From contig CAXXFG010000005.1 of NCBI GenBank assembly GCA_963678885.2, positions 211,512-275,511 of the forward strand: DNA of 64,000 nt. The letters are read 5' to 3'. The position numbers and the translations under genes were made by a program. The number at the start of each line of letters is the position of its first letter. Within the stretch, counting starts at the first letter, position 1. The notes below the pieces were generated by a model. The model saw only the letters and a list, made by a program, of their open reading frames with translations, did not search any database and was not told the origin of the DNA. This document shows positions 1-9,704 of the stretch, in pieces. Source of the stretch: Desulfobacterales bacterium. Lineage in GTDB: Bacteria > Desulfobacterota > Desulfobacteria > Desulfobacterales > JAFDDL01.

Positions 1-2
1 GC

Positions 3-335
3 CTGGCCCTTGGCGATGTGTCCGATGCCCGGCGGGTGCTTGAACGACTTGTGGCGGATTATCCGGAGTACGCCCGGACGTATTACGTCTTGGGCGAGGC
101 GTGGGACAAGAGCGGCCGCCCGGCGGAAGCACATTATTACCTGGGCCGCTATTACATGAAAACCGGTGATTACCAAAAGGCGATGTTCAATCTGAAACGC
201 GCCGAGAAGGCCGCCGGGGAAGAAGCGTTGAAGAAAAAGATCGCAGCGGCCATCGAAGAGCTGCAGCCCGAAAAAGAGAAAGAGGCGGCGCGGAAAAAAA
301 ACCGCCCGGAAAACGAGTTGTCTTCCGGGCCCTGA
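3..335 (+). CDS. C-terminal part of a TPR-repeat protein (possibly M48/BepA-type metalloprotease); 5' end lies outside the window
   Basis: Frame is open from the window start; TPR-like helices (ARTYYVLGEAWDKSGRPAEAHYYLGRYYMKTGDYQKA). Confidence 0.65.
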   Translation: MALGDVSDARRVLERLVADYPEYARTYYVLGEAWDKSGRPAEAHYYLGRYYMKTGDYQKAMFNLKRAEKAAGEEALKKKIAAAIEELQPEKEKEAARKKNRPENELSSGP

Positions 336-360
336 TGCCCTCCCTTTCGGCACCCGTGTT

Positions 361-2394
361 CTACATTTTGTCGAACCGGGCGAAATGCATGGAAAAGGTG
401 CCGCGTCCCTGGGTGGCGGATCGCAGTGCCGTGGAGTACCCGAACATCTTTGCCAGGGGTGCCATGGCCCGGATGACTTGGACGCCGCTTTTTTGTGAAA
501 TGGATTCCACCTTTCCGTTTCTTGCGTTGAGGTCTCCGATGACTTCTCCCATGAAGGTGTCTGGGACGAAGACCTCCACCGACATGATGGGGTCGAGCAG
601 ATAGGGTGCCCCTTTTCCCATGGCCTCCCGGCATGCCATGGATGCGCTGACCGTGAAGCCAATGTCCGAAGGCATGGATTCCCTGAAGCTGCCGCCTTCC
701 AGCACGGCCTCCACGTCCACCACCGGATAACCCATGAGGGGCCCGCTTTCCAAAGATTCCATCACACCTTTTTCAACGGCGGATACCGCGCTGGGCGGAA
801 GGGCCTCTTCCGGGGCGTTGTTCCGGAAACGGTTGCCCGTGCCCCGGGGCAGGGGGGTGAGGGTGAGGCGCACTTCGGCAAAATGCTGCTGCCCGGCGAT
901 CTCCCGGTCGAATGCCACCCGGGCGGAGGTTTCTTTCCGGATGGTTTCACGGTAGACCACCTGGGGTTTCCCGACGTTGACGTTGGTGTTGAACTCCCGG
1001 CGCATGCGGCTTACAATCACCTCCAGATGCAGTTCGCCCATGCCCGAAAGAATCGTCTGGCCCGTGTCCTGGTCCTCCCGCACCCTGAGGGTCGGGTCTT
1101 CGACGGTGAATTTTTCAAGCACCTGTTCCAGCTTTTCCTGGTCCGCGTGGCTTTTGGGCTCCACCGCCACCGAGATGACCGGCTCGTAAAACTCGATGCG
1201 TTCAAGCACCACCGGTTGGTCCGCCTGGCAAAGGGTTTCTCCGGTGCCGGAATCCTTAAGCCCCACAACGCCCACAATGTGCCCCGCCTCCACATGGTCC
1301 ACCCGCTCGCGCTTGTTGGCATGCATGACGAGGATGCGGGAGATTTTCTCCTTTTTCTTCAGGTAGGGGTTGTAGACATCGCTTCCGGAAGTGAGGCGGC
1401 CGCTGTAGACCCGCACGAAGGAGAGCTTGCGACCCTCGATCATGGAGACCTTGAAGATAAGGGCCGCCAGGGGTGCGGACGTCTTGGCTGGGCAGCTTAT
1501 TTCTTCGTTGGTGTCGGGGTGATGGCCCTTGATGGGAGGAACGTCCGCGGGGCTTGGGAGAAAAGCGCACACGCCATCGAGAAGGGGCTGTACCCCTTTG
1601 TTCTTGAGGGCGCTTCCGCAGAAAACCGGAACGATTTTCAGCGAGATGGTGGCGTTTCGAATGGCCTCCACCAGGGCTTGATTCGTGATTTCGGCCTCGG
1701 ACAGGTATGCTTCCATTATTGCGTCGCTTGATTCGGCCACGGTTTCCAGGAGCTTTTCCCGATAGCGGGTGGCGTCGCCAAGGTGCTCGGGGGCGATGTC
1801 TTGCGTGGAAAAGGATGCCCCCAAGCTGTCATCGTCCCAGACGATCTGTTTCATTTCGATGAGGTCGATGATCCCGGAAAATTTCTCTTCGCTGCCCACG
1901 GGCAGCTGCATGATGAGGGGGGTGGCGTGAAGCTTGTCCACCATTTGTTCCACGGTGCCGTGAAAATCAGCGCCGATGCGATCCAGCTTGTTGATGAAGG
2001 CGATTTTGGGCACCATGTACTTGTCGGCCTGGCGCCAGACCGTTTCACTCTGGGGTTCAACACCTCCCACCGCGCAGAACACACCCACCGCGCCGTCCAA
2101 CACGCGCAGGGAACGTTCCACCTCGATGGTGAAGTCTACGTGGCCGGGGGTGTCAATGATGTGGATTTCCCGGTTTTTCCACTGGCAGGTGGTGACGGCC
2201 GATGTGATGGTGATGCCCCGTTCCTGCTCGTCTGGCATCCAGTCCATGACGGCTTCGCCGTCATGGACCTCGCCGATCTTGTGGGAGCGGCCGGTATAGT
2301 AGAGTATCCGTTCGGTCACCGTGGTCTTGCCCGCGTCGATGTGGGCGATGACGCCGATATTTCGAATTGCCGAGAGGTTTGTTTTTGTCGTCAT
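361..2394 (-). CDS. fusA: Elongation factor G (stand-alone paralogue, outside the str operon)
   Basis: G1 [35 protein letters not shown]; C-terminal LRSATQGRG; 677 aa. Confidence 0.95.
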   Translation of the reverse strand: MTTKTNLSAIRNIGVIAHIDAGKTTVTERILYYTGRSHKIGEVHDGEAVMDWMPDEQERGITITSAVTTCQWKNREIHIIDTPGHVDFTIEVERSLRVLDGAVGVFCAVGGVEPQSETVWRQADKYMVPKIAFINKLDRIGADFHGTVEQMVDKLHATPLIMQLPVGSEEKFSGIIDLIEMKQIVWDDDSLGASFSTQDIAPEHLGDATRYREKLLETVAESSDAIMEAYLSEAEITNQALVEAIRNATISLKIVPVFCGSALKNKGVQPLLDGVCAFLPSPADVPPIKGHHPDTNEEISCPAKTSAPLAALIFKVSMIEGRKLSFVRVYSGRLTSGSDVYNPYLKKKEKISRILVMHANKRERVDHVEAGHIVGVVGLKDSGTGETLCQADQPVVLERIEFYEPVISVAVEPKSHADQEKLEQVLEKFTVEDPTLRVREDQDTGQTILSGMGELHLEVIVSRMRREFNTNVNVGKPQVVYRETIRKETSARVAFDREIAGQQHFAEVRLTLTPLPRGTGNRFRNNAPEEALPPSAVSAVEKGVMESLESGPLMGYPVVDVEAVLEGGSFRESMPSDIGFTVSASMACREAMGKGAPYLLDPIMSVEVFVPDTFMGEVIGDLNARNGKVESISQKSGVQVIRAMAPLAKMFGYSTALRSATQGRGTFSMHFARFDKM

Positions 2395-2978
2395 TTTATC
2401 AATAGCATGTTTGCGTTATACGGGGGGCGAAGGTCCACATGACCGGCCAGGGTCAATGCCTCTGCGCCCTCGATGAGAATCTTCACGGCGGAAATGTCCG
2501 CCAGGTTCAAAACCAGGGTGTTGGCCACGGAATAAACACTCAGCACTTCCGCCTGGACGCCACCCGGATGATCGTCGGTTACGGGTCGGCTGAAGTCCAC
2601 GTAAGCAACGCCGTCGGGCGTCAGGTAAACATCGCGGATGCCGGTCGTCCCAGGCAAGGTGCGCGTGCCGCCGTGGCGGGGGCCGTCGATGAGGGCCTGC
2701 ACCAGGGACCTGGCCGCACGCGCCGCGTCCGGGATATCCGGCATCTGCCGGGGTTCCGCCTCTAAATGGCGGCCTGTGGCGTCGGCGAAATAAAGATAAC
2801 GCTCTATCGTGCCGGTTGTTTCCACCGGATATGCGGGTGCGGCTGCTTCGTCGTGTTCCCGGCGCACGCCTTGCGGTCGTTGGCCGTCGGCCAAAAACCA
2901 TATGGCAAGGGCGACGACAAGCGCCGCCAGGACAGCGCCGCACGATAGGACACCAAACCGTTTCGCGTTCATGAGCAT
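2391..2978 (-). CDS. GerMN (sporulation/germination) domain membrane protein
   Basis: N-terminal TM helix; LYFAD...LI.GP...AYVDFS...VYSVANTL...VKILIEG pattern. Start placed at ATG 2978 (2972 is an alternative). ATGA overlap with fusA. Confidence 0.85.
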   Translation of the reverse strand: MLMNAKRFGVLSCGAVLAALVVALAIWFLADGQRPQGVRREHDEAAAPAYPVETTGTIERYLYFADATGRHLEAEPRQMPDIPDAARAARSLVQALIDGPRHGGTRTLPGTTGIRDVYLTPDGVAYVDFSRPVTDDHPGGVQAEVLSVYSVANTLVLNLADISAVKILIEGAEALTLAGHVDLRPPYNANMLLIK

Positions 2979-3003
2979 CCTGGTTCCATCTAAAATCCGT
3001 CCA

Positions 3004-3032
3004 TTATTATGCCAAACCCGGTGGGTTGTCAA
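3004..3032 (-). promoter_or_regulatory. Putative sigma-70 promoter of the GerMN-fusA operon
   Basis: Minus strand reads TTGACA-acccaccgggtttggca-TAATAA (CATAAT also possible). Confidence 0.5.
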
Positions 3033-3408
3033 TAAGTGCACCAGCGGCGGGCAGGAGAGGTGCATGGCCTTGTATCAGGGCCGCGGTCCGGGTGGAATGC
3101 CGCGGCTTTCCGGAACCGGCTGGCAATGCCGGGGGGAACGGACACTCTATGCCTTGGGTTCCAAGTCGTGCTTCCGGCATTTTGACGGCAGTGGGGCGCC
3201 AGCGGCTGGAAGGGGATGACTTGTCCTGGAAAACCTTGCGAAAAAGGGGCGGGGGCTCCGATGGGAGAACGCCGGGCCGGTTTAAAAATCGTCACGATTC
3301 CAATTCCAGGGAAAACATTACTGTGACGGCCCCCCCAGCGATATGTTGGAGCGCTTCGGATTCAGCGATGGGGGGCTTTCCGCAAAATGCCCCCATACCA
3401 CCAGGGTT

Positions 3409-4953
3409 CTATTTTAACCCCTTTCGACCGAAAACCACTCCCAGCTTTCTCATGCGACTTCGTAGGGTATTGGCGTGGATGCCGAGAATGGCCGCGGCGC
3501 CGTTTTTGCCTTGTATTTTTCCGTTTGTCGCGTGAAGCGCGGCCACGATGTGCCGGCGCATGGCTTCGTCAAGTGGCAGTATGGGGCCGGGCGCATCATC
3601 CCCCCGGACCCGGGGATGCAACGGTTCCCCGGGCAGATCGTCGAAACGGAGGGTGTGTTTTTCGTCCCGGCTCCGGTATCGGATGAGGGCCCGCTCCACA
3701 ATGTTTTCCAATTCCCGAACATTTCCCGGCCAGGCATATGCCGTCAGCCGTTCCATGGCCCCCGAGGCCAGCACCGGGTGGTCGGTAAGATTGAAGGCCT
3801 TGAGCTTTCTATCGATGAAATGATGTACCATCGCCGGAATGTCGGATTTCCTGTGGCGCAGAGGAGGGATGTGGATGGGAAACACATTGAGCCGGAACCA
3901 CAAGTCTTTCCTGAACCTTCCGTCTGCGACCATTTCGGGAAGATCCCGGTGGGTCGCGGCGACAATCCGCACATCCACCTCAACGGTCTCCCCCCCACCG
4001 ATGCGTTCGATGCGGCCGTCCTGAAGTACCCTCAACAGCCGGATCTGGGCGGCGGCCGGCAGTTCCCCGATTTCGTCCAGGAACAGCGTGCCGCCATGGG
4101 CACGTTCAAACCGTCCCCGTTTGCGCTGGATGGCGCCGGTGAAGGCCCCTTTCTCATGGCCGAACAGTTCACTGTCGATCAGATTCTCGGGTAGGGCTCC
4201 GCAATTGACTTTTACCAGCGGTCCGTCCCTGCGGAGGGAAAAGGTGTGGACGGCGTTGGCGATGAGTTCCTTTCCGACCCCTGTCTCCCCGTTGAGCAGG
4301 ACATGGCTGTTGAGGGGCGCCACCTGTCGAACCATTTCCATGACATTTCGGAGGCCGTAGCGCGCTCCCACGATTTCGTCTCCGGGCACCTGATACAGCT
4401 CCTGTTGCAGACATCTGTTTTCGTCAACCAGCAGCTCTTTGAGCCGCAGCACCTCCCAGTGCTTGAGCACATTGGCCAGGGCGATGGCGAACGGATCGTG
4501 AAGCAGTTTCATCATCCGAACATGCTCTTGGTCGTATACATCTGCTTCCATCGAAAATATCAGTACAACACCGAGCTGTTTAGCGTCCACCGTCAGGTGC
4601 ATGATAATCTGCGAGGCGGGGTCTATTCCCAAAGCCTCTCCAAGGTCGCGGGCGATGGGGTCGGTTTCGGATTTTCGGTACAGAAAGGCACCGTTGCCCA
4701 GTGTCTGAAGGCGGGCGACCGCTTCCGGCGATAATTGGACGGGATGCGCCCACGGCGCGGTCGGCAGGGGCGTGTCCATCGCCAGGATCCGGATCGCCCC
4801 CCTTTCCGGCTCATACGTGCTCAGCATGAGCCCATCCAGGGGCAGCCGCCGTTTCAGGCAGGCAGCGCAATCCTGAATCGCCTTGGCGATATCCAGGGTG
4901 CCGCAAATTTTAATGGTCGCCTGGTGAAAAAAATCCGTATCATTCGAAATCAT
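3409..4953 (-). CDS. Sigma-54-dependent transcriptional activator (GAF + AAA+ + Fis HTH)
   Basis: GETGVGKE Walker A, ELFGHEKGAFTGA, LFLDEIGE, WPGNVRELEN, C-terminal AAAILGIHANTL HTH. Confidence 0.95.
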   Translation of the reverse strand: MISNDTDFFHQATIKICGTLDIAKAIQDCAACLKRRLPLDGLMLSTYEPERGAIRILAMDTPLPTAPWAHPVQLSPEAVARLQTLGNGAFLYRKSETDPIARDLGEALGIDPASQIIMHLTVDAKQLGVVLIFSMEADVYDQEHVRMMKLLHDPFAIALANVLKHWEVLRLKELLVDENRCLQQELYQVPGDEIVGARYGLRNVMEMVRQVAPLNSHVLLNGETGVGKELIANAVHTFSLRRDGPLVKVNCGALPENLIDSELFGHEKGAFTGAIQRKRGRFERAHGGTLFLDEIGELPAAAQIRLLRVLQDGRIERIGGGETVEVDVRIVAATHRDLPEMVADGRFRKDLWFRLNVFPIHIPPLRHRKSDIPAMVHHFIDRKLKAFNLTDHPVLASGAMERLTAYAWPGNVRELENIVERALIRYRSRDEKHTLRFDDLPGEPLHPRVRGDDAPGPILPLDEAMRRHIVAALHATNGKIQGKNGAAAILGIHANTLRSRMRKLGVVFGRKGLK

Positions 4954-4972
4954 GGCTCACCATAAATTTGAT

Positions 4973-5095
4973 ATTTCGTACTTTTCGTTACAAATACCAT
5001 ATTTCGAACATATATGCACGAAATCCCGCATGCAACCCTGGGGGGAACGCTATCCGCTCGTATTTCTACATTTTTTTTCTGGCACGGGATTTGTA
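4973..5095 (+). promoter_or_regulatory. Sigma-54 promoter with upstream activator sites for the MFS gene
   Basis: TGGCACGGGATTTGTA at 5080-5095 (GG-N10-GT, one mismatch at -12); ATTTCG-N12-CGAAAT at 5001-5024 with a degenerate copy at 4973-4995. Confidence 0.65.
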
Positions 5096-5145
5096 GACGG
5101 TGAGCCGATCGGATCATTCATTTCAAAACTGAGAAGGCTTTAACC

Positions 5146-6582
5146 ATGACGCAAACCGCCAGAGACCGAATGCCATTGCCGGGCTTTAGAAGAAGGCCCA
5201 TTATGATCGCCTTGATGTTGGGGAGTTTTCTTGCACTGCTCAACGAAACTATTTTGAATGTCGCCTTTTCAACACTGATGACCGACATGGACATATCGGC
5301 GGGAACGGTGCAGTGGTTCACCACCGGCTACATGCTGATTATCGGCATTTCGATACCGGTCACCGCGTTTCTTATCCACACATTTCCCATCCGAAGTCTT
5401 TATCTTGCCGCGATGGGTCTGTTTTTTTCCGGGACCGTCATTGCCGGGCTTTCATCCACATTCCCCGGATTGCTGGCAGCCCGGATTATACAGGGAGGCG
5501 GCACCGGCATGCTGGTGCCCATTATGACCCATGTCATCCTGCTGATCTATCCCCCCGGAAAGCAGGGGGCCGCCATGGGGAAGGCGATTTTCGTCATCCT
5601 GTTCGCCCCGGCGGTGGGGCCGACGTTTTCAGGGGTCATCCTGGAATATTTCAAATGGAACTGGCTGTTCTTCAGCCTGTTGCCCTTTTCTGTTCTTTCC
5701 ATTTTCCTGGGCTCGGTTTTCCTTAAAATCGACTCACCGATCACCCGGCCCAAATTCGATATCGTTTCAGTTCTGTTATCAACCGTCGGGTTCGGGGGCA
5801 TTATTCTCGGCATCAGTTTTTCCGAAAGCAGGGGGTTTGGAGACAGGCAGGTGTTGGTGACCATCGCAGCCGGAATCCTTGCCCTGGTGCTCTACGCCAA
5901 GCGACAGCTGTCGCTGGCCCATCCCATGCTGGATATCCGTGTATTTAAATGCCCGATGTTTTCACTGGGAACCGTGCTGGTGATGATTAACCTGATGATG
6001 CTGTTTTCAATCAATATTCTGTTGCCGCTGTTCCTGCAAAAGGCCCTCTTGCTCTCCTCGTTTGCAGCCGGCCTGCTTCTTTTGCCCGGTGGTCTGCTCA
6101 ACGGCTTTGTTTCACTGTTTTCAGGCCGCATTTATGATCGGGCAGGCGCTTTGGTTCTGGCGATGCCAGGCTTCTTGATCATGGCGGTGTCCGTGGGGCT
6201 TCTGGCCAAATCCACTGTAGATACCAGCCTTGCACGGATTGTGGCGTTGCAATGCTGTGTCAGTATCGCTTCGGCACTCATCATGACCCCCGTGCAGATG
6301 AACAGCCTGAGCCATTTGCCCTTCAGGCAGTCGGCTCATGGCGTTGCCATTTTAAGTACGCTGCAGCAAATCGCCTGTGCCATTGGCTCATCCCTATTCC
6401 TTGGATTACTTGGTGCGGGGCAACGAGTATATATACACGGAAACCTCCATCCGGATCGGTTGGCGGAACAAAAAGGGGTTGCTTTCGGCCTCCACCATTC
6501 TTTAACGGTTGCGACGATCATTGTCATTTCCGCGTTGATGCTTTCCTTTTTTTTAAAACGCCGGAAGCCGGTGGCTGGCTAG
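5146..6582 (+). CDS. DHA2-family (14-TM, LmrB-like) MFS efflux transporter
   Basis: LNETILNVA, QWFTTGYML, ARIIQGGG, APAVGPTFSG motifs; many TM segments. Confidence 0.92.
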   Translation: MTQTARDRMPLPGFRRRPIMIALMLGSFLALLNETILNVAFSTLMTDMDISAGTVQWFTTGYMLIIGISIPVTAFLIHTFPIRSLYLAAMGLFFSGTVIAGLSSTFPGLLAARIIQGGGTGMLVPIMTHVILLIYPPGKQGAAMGKAIFVILFAPAVGPTFSGVILEYFKWNWLFFSLLPFSVLSIFLGSVFLKIDSPITRPKFDIVSVLLSTVGFGGIILGISFSESRGFGDRQVLVTIAAGILALVLYAKRQLSLAHPMLDIRVFKCPMFSLGTVLVMINLMMLFSINILLPLFLQKALLLSSFAAGLLLLPGGLLNGFVSLFSGRIYDRAGALVLAMPGFLIMAVSVGLLAKSTVDTSLARIVALQCCVSIASALIMTPVQMNSLSHLPFRQSAHGVAILSTLQQIACAIGSSLFLGLLGAGQRVYIHGNLHPDRLAEQKGVAFGLHHSLTVATIIVISALMLSFFLKRRKPVAG

Positions 6583-6662
6583 CATCAGGGGAAGGACGGG
6601 GGCACGTGGTGTCGGCACATGCCGCAGCCCGGGGCGTTGCTGTCAGGTACGTGGTCGGAACA

Positions 6663-6752
6663 GAACTTCGATCAGAGTATCCCGTTTTCCAGCTTTGCCA
6701 TCGGCTGGGGGCTTCTCCGGGTGGTTATTACGCATGGCTGAAGGCCGGCTAA
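6663..6752 (+). mobile_element. Short IS3-family transposase (OrfB N-terminus) remnant
   Basis: Translates ELRSEYPVFQLCHRLGASPGGYYAWLK, matching the IS3 OrfB pattern YPV..LC..LGVSRSGYYAW; stop follows immediately. Confidence 0.6.
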
Positions 6753-6904
6753 GGTGCTGCGGGCAACCCGAAATCACCTATTCCACCGGCCAGGTCATCA
6801 GCCATCAGCACAATGCTCTCGGTCCGCCCCTGGTCGTCGCCGTGGCGCTCAATACCAGTCAGGCCCCGGGCGCTATCCTGGAATACCTGTCCGAGAGGGC
6901 GCGC

Positions 6905-6938
6905 AAAAAAACAGGGGGGATGCAACAGGTCTCCCCTG
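6905..6938 (-). terminator. Intrinsic terminator after the flavodoxin-family gene
   Basis: Minus strand CAGGGG...CCCCTG stem followed by T7. Confidence 0.6.
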
Positions 6939-6939
6939 C

Positions 6940-7875
6940 CTATTTATCCTGCTCTTTGATCAGCTCCGGCAGGTCGGCGACCCTATCGTAAGCCGCATAT
7001 TTTTTCATTTTTTCCTTGATGATATCCTTTCCGTCGATGGCCTTCTGGTGTCCTTTGCGGATATTGTTGTTATGAAGCTCCTGGCCCCACGGACTCCAGC
7101 GGTTCTTGGCCATCTCTTCATCGGTGAATTCCACGGAAAGCGCATTGTCGCAGATGCTCACGTTCGCCTTCGTGAGGCATTGCGGGCAATAAATACCATC
7201 TTCCCGTATTTCCAGGAGATTCCCGTGGCAGTCGGGGCAGACCCCTTCCGTTCCGAGATAGTCGTAGGACGCGCCCTTCTGCTTGGCCAGCATGGCATCG
7301 GCGACGTTTTGGCCGAGCTTCCTCATGCGGGCCAGCACATGGTCTTCAAGCAGTACGGCGCCTTTTGCGGGGATGAAGTCGTAATGAACCGCATCCACCA
7401 GGGCCTTATAGGATCCTGCAAGTTCCATGGCGGTCATCTTGCAGACGTTCAGGGTGAAATTGGTCCAGTCCGTCCCGCCGATGGAAAAGGCGGCACCGAC
7501 CTTGTTGTTTTCAGAGACAACATGGCGATAGTCCCCGCTTGCATGGAGTTTGTTGAGGAACTGGATCATGGCGCCTGTCGGCAGGAGGTTGTAAGCAGGG
7601 CTCGAAACGATGATGGCGTCGGCTTCTCGCATCAGCTGTTCGATGAAATAGAAATGATCAGAACCGGTCTTGTGGACGCACCGGAACTCCCAGTTGCCTT
7701 TCAGATGGTTGATCATGCAGGACTCGCATCCGATGCAATTACGGATGGTAACATCCTGAATGCGGACGAATTTACATTCAGCGCCGCATTTTTCTTCAAT
7801 GGCCATGAAGGCCTCTTTCATCATGATTTCCGTGTTGCCGTTCTTTCTGCCGCTGACAATGCCGAGCACCTTCAT
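6940..7875 (-). CDS. Flavodoxin-fold NAD(P)H-dependent FMN reductase / iron-sulfur flavoprotein-like protein with C-terminal Zn-ribbon-like motif
   Basis: MKVLGIVSGRKNGNTE start after AAGGAGG; CIGCESC; ADAIIVSSPAY; CPDC...CPQC. Confidence 0.85.
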   Translation of the reverse strand: MKVLGIVSGRKNGNTEIMMKEAFMAIEEKCGAECKFVRIQDVTIRNCIGCESCMINHLKGNWEFRCVHKTGSDHFYFIEQLMREADAIIVSSPAYNLLPTGAMIQFLNKLHASGDYRHVVSENNKVGAAFSIGGTDWTNFTLNVCKMTAMELAGSYKALVDAVHYDFIPAKGAVLLEDHVLARMRKLGQNVADAMLAKQKGASYDYLGTEGVCPDCHGNLLEIREDGIYCPQCLTKANVSICDNALSVEFTDEEMAKNRWSPWGQELHNNNIRKGHQKAIDGKDIIKEKMKKYAAYDRVADLPELIKEQDK

Positions 7876-8239
7876 GCTGTCCTCCTTGATTGACGGTTCA
7901 GTTGTTCGGTTCGATTCACCTATCAGGCGGTTCAAAGGTTTTCAACAGACCTTTTTCTTTGGAATCTCCATATTCTGTCGATTACCTGGCCGTTGTCCTG
8001 GCCTGTTTCAACTTCATACCCTTTTGTCGTCTGAACAAACAACAATTTTCTAATGTTTGAAAAACACCTGCCGCATGATTTGATCGAGAACCCAACGGGA
8101 TCACCGTTTGCAGAAGTGCCACAGCCCTGGTGGCTATTTTATGGCACCGTTAAGGGAGGAATTGCCATGTTCCACACCAATGGGGTCTATCCTATTTGAA
8201 GCAGACGGCATTCGCTGCGCCGGCCCTTTGCCCGTCCGC

Positions 8240-8375
8240 CCACACAAAAATGTGGAAAAGCGCATAAATATGTGGGGTCTCTGAAAAAATATTCCGTCAT
8301 GATTTTAATATATAGCAATGAAAACATTAAGATAACGCGATGTGTCAAAAATAGAAAGGTGGCATGCTATTTGCG
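8240..8375 (+). promoter_or_regulatory. Sigma-54 promoter with tandem palindromic activator sites and no intact downstream gene
   Basis: TGGCATGCTATTTGCG at 8360-8375 (exact GG-N10-GC); CCACA-N6-TGTGG at 8240-8255 and GCGCA-N6-TGTGG at 8260-8275; AT-rich spacer. Confidence 0.65.
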
Positions 8376-9117
8376 CATTAATTGAATCTGACTCTGTGCC
8401 GGTGAAGTGACTGTTCAACTGATGTTGATTTGGCTTTGGATAAACGAAAAAAAGGCCAACCCAACAATCTTTTTTAGGGGCATTTTCCACGTTACCCTGG
8501 CACTGACCGAGAATTATTGATGGATCTAAACGGTTCGTAACGGCTATTTCACTGGCCGCCCAACGCTGGGGTGGTGTTTTTGACAAGCTGAGCCGAACCA
8601 CCGAATTCCTCGGAGGGTTTTATATGTGCATGTCCGAAGAAACGGACGTCATGGATCCCCCAGCACATCCCTTCCTCTTATCTTTGTTCAACCGCCTTCC
8701 ACTTTTTCGAATTTTCCCCCCATTTGGCGCCATTGTTTTTAGTCGACACCCGGGGGCGACCCAATATCCCACCTGCCGTCTCATGGCTTGCGGCACAATT
8801 TTATTCTGTTGTTTATGCGCCATGCCCCTTTGACGCTCACCGTTCACCTCGGAACTTTTTTATGCGCCTGTGATGAATTTCAACGAATTAAAAGAGGCTT
8901 TCTTGCGGAAGAAGAACCATGTGCCCATTTATGCAGAAATAAAACATAGTGACGAAAACGTACTTGCCGATTCGGAAAGGAGGTGAGGAAATAGAATCAA
9001 TATAAAGTGGTTATCTTCATTGAGGGCTGTTTTGTCGCAAGCAGGCGTTAGGTGTTGTTTTATAACTACTTACTTGATGTTTATTAGAATGAGGGGCGCA
9101 TACATGAAAAAGAGTAG

Positions 9118-9555
9118 CTTCGCTATATCACTTTTCGTTCCTGGAAGGCGGTTGTGGTTGCCGTTTTCCCGCTGGTTTTGACGTCAATTCTCTGCGAAGT
9201 GCTGATGGTCTGGATGGGAATCGGTGTAAAGGTTGCGACCCTTCCGGTGATTGCGCTTGGCGTCGGTATCGGCGTTGATTACGCGCTTTATGTATTGAGT
9301 GTTACCATCGATGGGCTACGCATGGGCAAAACACTTTCCGAAGCCTATTACGAGGCGTTGCAGTTTACGGGGAAAGTGGTTGTCCTAATAGGGTTTACAT
9401 TGGCCATCGGGGTGGCTACAGGGACATTTTCAGCCATCAAGTTTCAGGCGGACATGGGGATACTTCTTGCTTTTATGTTCCTCTGGAACATGGTTGGCGC
9501 TTTGGTCTTGATTCCGTCACTGGGATATTTTCTATTGAGAACAGAGACGGCCTAA
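9118..9555 (+). pseudogene. 3'-terminal fragment of an RND/MMPL-family transporter
   Basis: YITFRSWKAVVVAVFPLVLTSILCE...VATLPVIALGVGIGVDYALY...FQADMGILLAFMFLWNM; in-frame TAG at 9115-9117, so most of the gene is missing. Confidence 0.85.
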
Positions 9556-9573
9556 ATCGGGCAAAGGGAGAAA

Positions 9574-9617
9574 CGCTGCAAATTTGAGTGCTTGACTTGT
9601 TTGCAGCGATCTTTCTT
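9574..9617 (+). terminator. Hairpin terminator after the RND fragment
   Basis: CGCTGCAAA...TTTGCAGCG 9-bp inverted repeat followed by ATCTTTCTT. Confidence 0.5.
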
Positions 9618-9621
9618 CCGA

Positions 9622-9654
9622 GTGGGATTAAGGGGATGTGGGATTAGGGGATGT
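9622..9654 (+). repeat. Two-copy tandem repeat upstream of the RAYT-like transposase
   Basis: GTGGGATTAAGGGGAT followed by GTGGGATTAGGGGAT, then GTCC. Confidence 0.7.
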
Positions 9655-9704
9655 CCATTGGAAAATAGTATACGAAATTTTAATGTGCTGTGATATGAGG
9701 TGTT

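Noticed and set aside
8097-8105. GGGATCACC matching the tRNA-Glu 3' end as a possible att site
   Set aside because: Only 9 bp, in the opposite orientation to the tRNA, and part of a local hairpin; chance level.
8624-8833. 69-aa ORF with GGAGG RBS in the AT-rich spacer
   Set aside because: Atypical composition and no family resemblance; left uncalled.
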